Below are positions 57,038 to 64,000 of a stretch of 64,000 nt of DNA, piece after piece. Origin of the DNA: Pseudolabrys sp. (GTDB lineage: Bacteria > Pseudomonadota > Alphaproteobacteria > Rhizobiales > Xanthobacteraceae); the NCBI GenBank assembly GCA_036264375.1, contig DATARB010000066.1, positions 41,536 through 105,535 on the forward strand, in the 5' to 3' direction. A model generated the notes under the pieces. It ran no database searches. It was given only the letters and a program-made list of their open reading frames with translations, and had not been told where the DNA came from. A program made the translations under genes and the position numbers. Numbering within the stretch: the stretch's first letter is position 1; each line of letters begins with the position of its first letter.

Positions 57038-58282
57038 CTATTTCACCAGCGCGCGCTGACGCACAGCGATCACCTGCTCGGCCGCAGAGACGCCGGTGAT
57101 GAAGCCGCCATGCGCGGTCGAGAAGTCGTGCGTCGAGCAGGCCTCTCCTGCGAAGAACAGCCGCCCATCGACCGGCGCCGCGAGGACGGCGCGGCTCGCG
57201 ACCTTGCCGGGCAGAGCATATGAGTAGGACCCGCGCGCGAACGGATCGGCGCCCCAAGGGTGCATGGTGATGGGCTTCAGCCGCTTGGTGAAATCGTTGC
57301 CGAGCTGGCCGGTGAGCTCGCTTAACGCGAAATCGACGAAGGCCTTCTCGCCGCCCGCTTCCAGATCCCAGGCGTTGCGTCCGCCGAAATAGCACTCGAT
57401 CATCGGGCGCCCGAACGGACGCAGGTGGTAGGTGGCGGTGGCGCGATCCGTACGGCCGAACAAGCGCGAATCGTGTTCGAACTCTTCGGCGCGATCGAGC
57501 GAGAGGAAGAGCTTGTCGGCGAGCCCGAGCGGCAGGTTGGCCGCGGCTTGCGTCTTCTCCGGCAGCGCCGGCGCGAACAGGTCTTCCATCTCGGCAAGCA
57601 CGTTGGTCGGCAGCGTCACGATCGCCCGATCGGCGGTGATCGTGCCTTTCGCCGTCTCGATGCGCAGGCGGCGGCCGGCATGGTCGATGCGCAGCACCGG
57701 GCAATCGAGCATCGCGCGGAGCGGCCGCGCGTAGCCGGCGATGGTGGTCCCATAACCTTCGATCACGCGCCAGTTCACGCCGGTGTCGTCATAATTGTCG
57801 AAGTCGAGCGCCGACACATGATCGAGCTCGCCGCCGCTGATGTAGGTGCCGATCGAGCCGAGCAGCGCATTCCATCGGCATCCCGGCGCGAGCACCGATG
57901 CCACCGGCACATCGGGCTGCTTGCGCGCCGCCTCGCCGACGCGCTCATAGAGCGCGTGCATCGCTTGGCGAAACTCGCGTTGCTCATCGAGCGGGAAGCC
58001 GGTCTCGAGCGACGGCTTGTTCCACGGCGGCTCGCTACGATCGAGGGTGCGGCCTTCCGCCTCGGCGACCTGCGTCCACGGATTGCGGTCGGCCGAATGC
58101 AGCCAGCCGCAGCCGAGATCGATGCCAAAGCCGGAGGCGTCGACGGTGTAGGCCCGGCCGCCGAGCCGCGACCGCGCCTCTACCAGCAGGCATTCGATGC
58201 CGGCCGCAAGGAGGTGGCGCCCCGCGGCAATGCCCGCCGCGCCGCCACCGATGATGACCACCTCAGTATCGCTATTGGTCAT
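57038..58282 (-). CDS. Flavin monoamine oxidase family protein
   Basis: GGGAAG, EAR.RLGGR, DLGCGWLH, W..DPF..GSYS, FAGEA, TAHG. Confidence 0.9.
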   Translation of the reverse strand: MTNSDTEVVIIGGGAAGIAAGRHLLAAGIECLLVEARSRLGGRAYTVDASGFGIDLGCGWLHSADRNPWTQVAEAEGRTLDRSEPPWNKPSLETGFPLDEQREFRQAMHALYERVGEAARKQPDVPVASVLAPGCRWNALLGSIGTYISGGELDHVSALDFDNYDDTGVNWRVIEGYGTTIAGYARPLRAMLDCPVLRIDHAGRRLRIETAKGTITADRAIVTLPTNVLAEMEDLFAPALPEKTQAAANLPLGLADKLFLSLDRAEEFEHDSRLFGRTDRATATYHLRPFGRPMIECYFGGRNAWDLEAGGEKAFVDFALSELTGQLGNDFTKRLKPITMHPWGADPFARGSYSYALPGKVASRAVLAAPVDGRLFFAGEACSTHDFSTAHGGFITGVSAAEQVIAVRQRALVK

Positions 58283-58519
58283 AAGCGAATTGACTTCTTT
58301 CATTGGTGCAACGGAGACCGCCCCCGCGCGCGCCTAGCCATCGGCGATGACCTTGGCCTATGTAGGGCCGGCCGGCCCGTCCGGCAATTTCCCAAAAGCC
58401 TCAAAACTTTCAAATAATTAGGGGGGAACAAAAGCACGCCGGGCCCGAAAGCGGGGACGCGGGCCGGCCTTCCCAACTCCTCTTCGCCCGGCGCGGCGGA
58501 CCAGGCCGCCGCGGACCCC

Positions 58520-58609
58520 TCAGTGGTCGGACCCGAGCAGCGGCGCGCACACCAACACCAGCAGCCAGATCGCTGCCAGCGCGCCGAAAGCCGTGAGCAG
58601 CACGGACAT
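58520..58609 (-). CDS. Small single-TM protein, 29 aa (MSVLLTAFGALAAIWLLVLVCAPLLGSDH)
   Basis: GGAGAG SD just before ATG, GC3-rich codons, one hydrophobic helix; below the ORF-track cutoff. Confidence 0.55.
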   Translation of the reverse strand: MSVLLTAFGALAAIWLLVLVCAPLLGSDH

Positions 58610-58877
58610 GGCGTCTCTCCCCCTGTTTTTATCGTTATTGCGGAGATGCTAGCCCGGCCAGGGGCCGAGATCACTAGCCGCCAGCGTGACAGTCCCGGAC
58701 AATTCGGAAAATGCCAGGACCGGAGCCGCGTTGCGGCGTTTACGGAAACAGTTTTGTGATGCGGCACCAGCGCGCTTCAAGCGGGCACGGGTCGCTGCTA
58801 TGTTAGGTGACAGCACCCGGGGGCGGCGACCCGTGAGCCCAATCACGGCCGCAAAAAGAAGGCTTCAAGGTGTCCGC

Positions 58878-59456
58878 ATGAAGATGACCCGGCTCGGCTA
58901 TTTTTCCGAGTTCATTCTGTTCCCCCCTTTGATCGTGATCGCCATCGCGCTCGCCTACCGGCATGCGGCGTCGGTGCACCCGATGCTGTGGGTGCTGGTC
59001 TACGGCCTTGGATTCATCGCCTGGACCTTGGTCGAATACGTGCTGCATCGCACGCTTTTCCACCACGCGCCGATCCTCTCGCGCGTCCACGAGTTGCACC
59101 ATGAGCAGCCCAATGACCTGATCGGCACGCCGGGATGGGCAAGCTTGTTCATTGGCATCATCGCGGTCGCGGTCCCCGCTTCGCTGGCGCTCGGCTTCGA
59201 TCTGGGCATGGCGGCGACCGCGGGAATGGTCACCGGCTATCTGTGGTACGTGTTCGTGCACTATGCGACCCATCACTTCCGCCCGCGGCGCGGCACTTAT
59301 CTCTATCGCGCGCGCGTACGCCACGCCCGCCATCACCATCTCTCGGACGACGGCAATTTCGGCGTGACCACGGCATTCTGGGACCACGTCTTCGGCACAG
59401 CGCTCGCGGAGCGCGCCCGGCCATCGCACGAGAGCGACACCGTCGCGCCGCATTGA
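58878..59456 (+). CDS. Fatty acid hydroxylase / sterol desaturase family protein
   Basis: EY.LHR..FH, H.LHH, HY..HH, H..HH His boxes, NFGVT..FWD..FGT. Confidence 0.88.
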   Translation: MKMTRLGYFSEFILFPPLIVIAIALAYRHAASVHPMLWVLVYGLGFIAWTLVEYVLHRTLFHHAPILSRVHELHHEQPNDLIGTPGWASLFIGIIAVAVPASLALGFDLGMAATAGMVTGYLWYVFVHYATHHFRPRRGTYLYRARVRHARHHHLSDDGNFGVTTAFWDHVFGTALAERARPSHESDTVAPH

Positions 59457-59470
59457 CGGTCAAGGGCGCA

Positions 59471-59589
59471 ATGCCCGCGGACGCAGGCATCCAGGCTTTA
59501 CCGCACGCACGCAAGCATTGGATTCAAACAGCGCATCCTCTCAGCCGTCGCTCCGGGGCGCGGCCGTTTGGCCGCGAGCCCGGAATCCA
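59471..59589. repeat. Two degenerate single REP arms
   Basis: ATGCCCGCGGACGCAGGCATCCAG and CGTCGCTCCGGGGCGCGGCC..GGCCGCGAGCCCGGAATCCA. Confidence 0.65.
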
Positions 59590-59742
59590 TAATCGTCAGC
59601 GCTGCGGGCTAGCCCGCCGCGCGCTGCGTTGGCTTCTCTTGTCGTCATTCCGCTTCGCGCAAGGCAAGCATCGTTGAGCAAGACGGCAAGGATTATGAGA
59701 CTGCCACGCCGGGAATTTTCTCGTGCCGGCCCAGCCTCTCGT

Positions 59743-59847
59743 TTGTCATGGCCGGGCTTGACCCGGCCATCTCGCTTAGGGAGGCAATGCCGTGCCCTTC
59801 TAAGCGAGGCCACATCGGGTAAACCCGACTTGCAGTGACAAGCCCGG
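59743..59847. repeat. GTCATGGCCGGG-family REP with a truncated nested element (59810-59837)
   Basis: Colinear with 3947-4037 except CCACATCGGGTAAACCCGACTTGCAGTG in the right arm. Confidence 0.82.
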
Positions 59848-59862
59848 GCCGCGCGATGCTTT

Positions 59863-60195
59863 CTACGCAAAGCGCTCCGCCGGCGGGGCGATTTCGGTGA
59901 CCAGATCGCGCACCAGCTTCTTGTTCGACAGCGGCGCCAGCTTCATCTCGCGCGATTGCAAACGCTCCGTGCAGGCATAGACGGTTTTGCCGTCCACCTC
60001 GATCATGCACTCCTTGCAGGCATTGGCGTTGATGCAGGAGAAGCGGATCGCCAGGCTCGGATCGACGTTGACGCGGATCCAGCGCAGGCCGTCGAGCACC
60101 GACTGGCCCGGCTCGAACGGCACCTCGTGCGTTTCCCAGTGGCCGGCGTCTTTATCGAGGCCACGCCAGATGGTGAGGGTCGCGTTTTCGCTCAT
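59863..60195 (-). CDS. 2Fe-2S protein resembling the SdhB/FrdB N-terminal domain only
   Basis: SVLDGL.WI....DPSLA.R.SC.....C..C.......AC, PL....VRDLV; ends at 110 aa. Confidence 0.85.
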   Translation of the reverse strand: MSENATLTIWRGLDKDAGHWETHEVPFEPGQSVLDGLRWIRVNVDPSLAIRFSCINANACKECMIEVDGKTVYACTERLQSREMKLAPLSNKKLVRDLVTEIAPPAERFA

Positions 60196-61889
60196 GATGC
60201 CACCGCTGCCTGCGCCGGGACGGCGGCGCGCGAGAGCACGATGCGCCCGCCGCGATAATCCACGAACTGGTTGACCGCCCAATCCGGCGACGTGTCGGGA
60301 TAGTCCTCGCGGTGCTGCGCGCCGCGCGTCTCGGTGCGCGCGAGCGCCGCCTGGGTGACGACGCGCGACACCATCAGCATGTTGCGCAGATCGAGCCAGT
60401 CGATCAGCCGCATGTCGAAGCGGCCGCCGTCGCCCGGCGGCACATCGCCGAGATCGCGATCGAGGCGGTCGAGCGTGGCGAGCGCCCGCTCGAGCCGCGC
60501 TTCGGTGCGCAACGCGCCGACATCGTCCTGCATCGTGGCCTGCAGCGTCTGCACCATCTCGGCGGTGTTGATGTCGCGCTGCGCGTGCGCGGTGACGAGA
60601 TCGATCACGGCCTGCGCATTATCGGCATGATCCGGCACCGCCGGCATCGTCTTGGCGCGTTCGGCGGCGCTGCGCCCGGCGCGGCGGCCGAACACGAAGG
60701 CCTCGGTGATGGCATTGCCCGAGAGACGGTTGGCGCCATTGGCGCCGCCGACGGCTTCGCCGGCGACGTAAAGCCCCGGCACGCCGGTCTGCATGCGATT
60801 GTCGGCGGCGATGCCGCCCATGTGATAGTGCGCCATCGGCGCAACCTCGATCGGCATCTTGGTGAGGTCGATGCCGTTCGCCGCAAGCCGGTCGATCACC
60901 GGGCCGAAGGCTCCGCGCAGCGTTTCCGCCGAACAATGCTGGAAGCTCAAGTAGACGCCGCCATGCGGCGTGCCGCGGCCGGCCTCGACTTCCTTCAGAA
61001 TCGCGTAGCTGCCGAGGTCGCGCGTGATGACGTATTTGCCGTCCTCGGCGACGCCGTAGCGCTGCGTGAAATCTTCCATCTGGTTGTTGAGCAGGCGGCC
61101 GCCGAGCTTGTAGCGGAACGGATCCCACATGATCGGGTCCATGCCGATCAGGCGCGGCGCGAGATGGCCGATGGGGAAGAACTGCACGAACTCCATGTCG
61201 ACCAGCGACGCGCCGGCGCGCAGCGCCAGCGCATAGCCGTCGCCGCCCATGTTCGTCGAGGCGCTGTTGCGCCGATAGAGCCGCGTGAGCCCGCCGGTCG
61301 CGATGATCGTCGCCTTGGCTTTGATGATCACGGGCGCGCCGGTGCCGAGATGGATCGCCAGCGCGCCGACCACCTCGCTGCCGTTGCGCAGGAGATCGAC
61401 CACGCAAAGATCGCCTGCCCTGCGGACGCCGTCGACCTTGTTCACCACCGTGCGCAACGTCTTCGACACGGCCGGCCCTGTGTTGAGGAAGTCGACATAG
61501 ACGCAACGCGGCCGGTCATGGCCCGGCGCCATTGCCTGAGTAATGCGCCCATCCTTGCGCGCCCAGCCGACGCCCCAGTCATCCATGGCGCGGATGCAGT
61601 CGGGCCCCTCCTCGCACACAAGTTGCGCGAGAGACTCGTTGCACAGACCGCGGCCGGCTTTCAGCGTGTCGCTGTAATGATAGGTCCAGTCGTCCGGCGT
61701 CTCCGAGCCGAGCGCGACCGCAACCGTCATCTGCGCCATCACGGTGGCGCCGCCGCGGCCGATCAGGCTGCGGTCAGCGAGCAGAACACTGCTGCCATTG
61801 CGCGCCGCTTCGATCGCCGCCGACATACCCGCGGCGCCGGCGCCGATCACCAGCACATCAGTTTCCGCGCGCATCGGTTCGTGCAGCAT
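60192..61889 (-). CDS. SdhA/FrdA/NadB-family flavoprotein with altered active site
   Basis: GAGAAG, ATGG, GDG, DMEFVQF, HY.MGG, GANRL.GN, R.ETRG...R.DYP. Confidence 0.88.
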   Translation of the reverse strand: MLHEPMRAETDVLVIGAGAAGMSAAIEAARNGSSVLLADRSLIGRGGATVMAQMTVAVALGSETPDDWTYHYSDTLKAGRGLCNESLAQLVCEEGPDCIRAMDDWGVGWARKDGRITQAMAPGHDRPRCVYVDFLNTGPAVSKTLRTVVNKVDGVRRAGDLCVVDLLRNGSEVVGALAIHLGTGAPVIIKAKATIIATGGLTRLYRRNSASTNMGGDGYALALRAGASLVDMEFVQFFPIGHLAPRLIGMDPIMWDPFRYKLGGRLLNNQMEDFTQRYGVAEDGKYVITRDLGSYAILKEVEAGRGTPHGGVYLSFQHCSAETLRGAFGPVIDRLAANGIDLTKMPIEVAPMAHYHMGGIAADNRMQTGVPGLYVAGEAVGGANGANRLSGNAITEAFVFGRRAGRSAAERAKTMPAVPDHADNAQAVIDLVTAHAQRDINTAEMVQTLQATMQDDVGALRTEARLERALATLDRLDRDLGDVPPGDGGRFDMRLIDWLDLRNMLMVSRVVTQAALARTETRGAQHREDYPDTSPDWAVNQFVDYRGGRIVLSRAAVPAQAAVAS

Positions 61890-62261
61890 GAATATCCTCA
61901 GTGGACCGTCTTCGGGAGAAGCTTCATTTCAAGCGCTGTTATTCAGGTTTTGCCTACATGGACGCCGAGCGTGCGCTTGTCCAGCACCCCAGGTATGCCC
62001 CCAAGGAGCGGCAGCAACCCGGCGACGGAGGCGGCCGGGCGACGCGACGTAGCGCACCGCGACGCACAGCATGCGGAGGGCGCGTGCTGTCTTGGCGCGT
62101 TCGCCAGGAGCCCACCCGCAGAGGGATTCAATCGCCTTGACAGCCTCCCGGCAGCACGATTTCATTTGAGCACAAACAATCGCCGACCGGGAAGGCGAGG
62201 GACAAATCGGAGCGCATGGCGCATTGTCGCTCCGTGCTCATTCACTCCTTGAGGAGGATCG

Positions 62262-63251
62262 ATGTCGCTCGTTCAACTCCGCTCTTTCCGGCATATCGGC
62301 CTGATCGCCTTGATGGCAGGCGCGCTTGCACAAACGCCAGCCATGGCCGATGAAATTTCGGTCACGCAGTGGGGGCAGAGCCTGTACGGCGCGCCGTTCG
62401 CGGTCGGCATGGAGAAGGGCCTGTTCAAGAAGGCCGGCATCGACATCACCGGCGTTATCGGCTCGGGCGGCGGCGGCACCACCGTGCGCAACATCCTGGC
62501 GAGCCCGACACCCTACGGCGAAGTGGCGCTGTCGGCGGCGCTGGCAGCCGCCTCGCAAGGCGGCCTCGATCTCGTCATCGTCAATGTCGGCACGCGCACG
62601 GTCGCGGAATCGACGCTGGTGACGATGCCCAACTCCGACATCAAGACGATCGACGATCTCGTCGGAAAGAAAGTCGCGATCACCTCGCCGAAGTCGTCGT
62701 CGGAAATGATCTTCCTGATGGAACTGAAGGCGAAGGGCATCGACGCCTCCAAGATCACGCGCGTGGCGGCCGGCGGCTATCCGCCGGCGCTGACCATGCT
62801 CGAACAGGGCGCCGTCTCGGCCGCCGGCCTGATCGAGCCGCTGTCGATCATCCGCAAGGACCGCTATCGCACCGTGCTCGCGGCAAAGGACGTGCTGCCG
62901 CCGATGACGACCTCGGTCGGCATCACCACGCGCGAATTCGCCAAGGCGCATCCCGAAAAAATCAAAGCCATCATCGCCGGACGGCGCGCAGCCGTGGAGG
63001 CGATCTACGCCAATCCCGATGAAGCCGCGGCGATCCTGCAAAAGACATGGAATTTCGATCCAGCCATCGCCAAGGTCGCGGTCGAGAACATGATCGGTCC
63101 GAAGATGTGGAGCCCCGGCGACTTCGACCGTACCGAACTCGAGCGCACCGTCGACGGGCTGCGCCTGATCGGCGAGGTCAAGGGCGAGATCGATTGGGAC
63201 AAGCTGATCGACCAGTCGTTCCTGCCGGCCGATCTGCAGCATAAGCTGTGA
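62262..63251 (+). CDS. ABC substrate-binding protein (NMT1/SsuA-like)
   Basis: Signal peptide, EKGLFKKAGID, GGG, DL.GKKVAI..P.S; GAGGAGG SD. Confidence 0.87.
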   Translation: MSLVQLRSFRHIGLIALMAGALAQTPAMADEISVTQWGQSLYGAPFAVGMEKGLFKKAGIDITGVIGSGGGGTTVRNILASPTPYGEVALSAALAAASQGGLDLVIVNVGTRTVAESTLVTMPNSDIKTIDDLVGKKVAITSPKSSSEMIFLMELKAKGIDASKITRVAAGGYPPALTMLEQGAVSAAGLIEPLSIIRKDRYRTVLAAKDVLPPMTTSVGITTREFAKAHPEKIKAIIAGRRAAVEAIYANPDEAAAILQKTWNFDPAIAKVAVENMIGPKMWSPGDFDRTELERTVDGLRLIGEVKGEIDWDKLIDQSFLPADLQHKL

Positions 63252-64000
63252 TGCTGATGCGCGCCGGTGAGGCTCCGGTCAGCGCGCCCGCGATGTCTGC
63301 TGCCGATGTTCATGCACGGCTGAAAGGCGTCACCCGCGTCTACGGCGTGGGCACGTCGCGGCCGACCGTCCATGCGCTGGGGCCGGTCGATCTCGATCTG
63401 ATGCGCGGCGAGTTCTTCTCCGTGGTCGGCCCCTCGGGCTGCGGGAAGTCGACATTGCTGGACGTGCTGGCCGGGCTCGCGGTGCCGAGCGAAGGCGAGG
63501 TCTATTTCGAGAACAAGCGCATCCACGGCGTGCCCGACGGCGTCGGCGTCGTGTTCCAGGAGGATGCGTCGTTCGCCTGGCTCACCGTGCGCGACAACGT
63601 GGCCTTCGGCCTGCGCCGCGCCGGCGCCGATGCCGCCGAGATCGCGCGGCGCGTCGACTATGCGGTCGGCTTCATGGGCCTGCGCGATTTCGCCAATGCC
63701 TATCCGGCGCAGCTTTCCGGCGGCATGCGGCAGCGCGTCTGCATCGCGCGCACGCTGGTGCTGCAGCCGCGGCTGATCCTGCTCGACGAGCCGTTCGGCG
63801 CGCTCGACCAGCAGACGCGCCTGTTGATGGGCGACGAGTTGCTGCGCCTGTGGCGCGAGACCAAGGCGACGGTGATGCTGATCACCCACGCGCTCGACGA
63901 GGCCGCGATGCTGTCCGACCGCGTCGGCGTGATGTCGGCGCGGCCCGGCGTGTTCATCGACTTCGTCGAGACCGGCTGGCCGCGCGAGCGCGACAGCCGC
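63251..64000 (+). CDS. NitT/TauT ABC ATP-binding protein (runs off the window)
   Basis: My translation gives GPSGCGKST, VFQE, LSGGMRQR, LDEPFGALD, ITH; absent from the ORF track because there is no stop in the window. Confidence 0.9.
   Translation, partial: MLMRAGEAPVSAPAMSAADVHARLKGVTRVYGVGTSRPTVHALGPVDLDLMRGEFFSVVGPSGCGKSTLLDVLAGLAVPSEGEVYFENKRIHGVPDGVGVVFQEDASFAWLTVRDNVAFGLRRAGADAAEIARRVDYAVGFMGLRDFANAYPAQLSGGMRQRVCIARTLVLQPRLILLDEPFGALDQQTRLLMGDELLRLWRETKATVMLITHALDEAAMLSDRVGVMSARPGVFIDFVETGWPRERDSR

Noticed and set aside
56107-61889. De novo NAD biosynthesis cluster (nadX plus nadB-like)
   Set aside because: Genes are on opposite strands and separated, nadA/nadC are absent, and the flavoprotein lacks the QFHPT His and has an Fe-S partner
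59863-61889. Respiratory succinate dehydrogenase sdhAB
   Set aside because: No sdhCD, no covalent-FAD His, and the Fe-S subunit lacks its second domain
61890-62261. Short ORFs or a regulator remnant in the divergent gap
   Set aside because: No recognisable motif, SD or host-like codon pattern; treated as a promoter region
1-64000. CRISPR array, tRNA/rRNA, integron or IS element
   Set aside because: Repeats are dispersed palindromes without regular spacers; no cas, integrase, transposase or structural RNA signature recognised

Overview
A 64 kb, GC-rich alphaproteobacterial chromosomal segment (the genes and repeats resemble Hyphomicrobiales, Bradyrhizobium/Pseudolabrys-like). It is densely packed with transport and catabolic genes: an E1a/E1b/E2 2-oxoacid or acetoin dehydrogenase-like operon with gabD, TSUP-chrB-chrA, three NitT/TauT ABC systems, TctABC, a Liv-type ABC system, an RTX-type GH113-like glycosidase, an FAD/Fe-S oxidoreductase interrupted by a TAG, a serine-glyoxylate-type aminotransferase, an atypical M24 enzyme, an MCP, a hipBA-like TA module, two LVIVD beta-propeller paralogs beside a COG0523 GTPase, an ACMSD/VOC/NadX catabolic cluster and an SdhA-like flavoprotein with a minimal 2Fe-2S partner. 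I recognised no rRNA, tRNA, CRISPR array or transposase. The strongest non-routine signals are: (1) a duplicated ~105 nt structured leader with a possible pseudoknot/anti-SD switch before the TSUP gene and chrB; (2) more than 25 REP-like palindromes, including one inserted in frame into the E2 gene, a double-hairpin element nested inside three other repeat families, and one apparently split around hipBA; (3) a candidate anti-SD sRNA and an unannotated 29-aa membrane protein; (4) several enzymes with altered catalytic motifs that point to uncharacterised pathways. All family calls come from motif recognition by eye; no searches were run.
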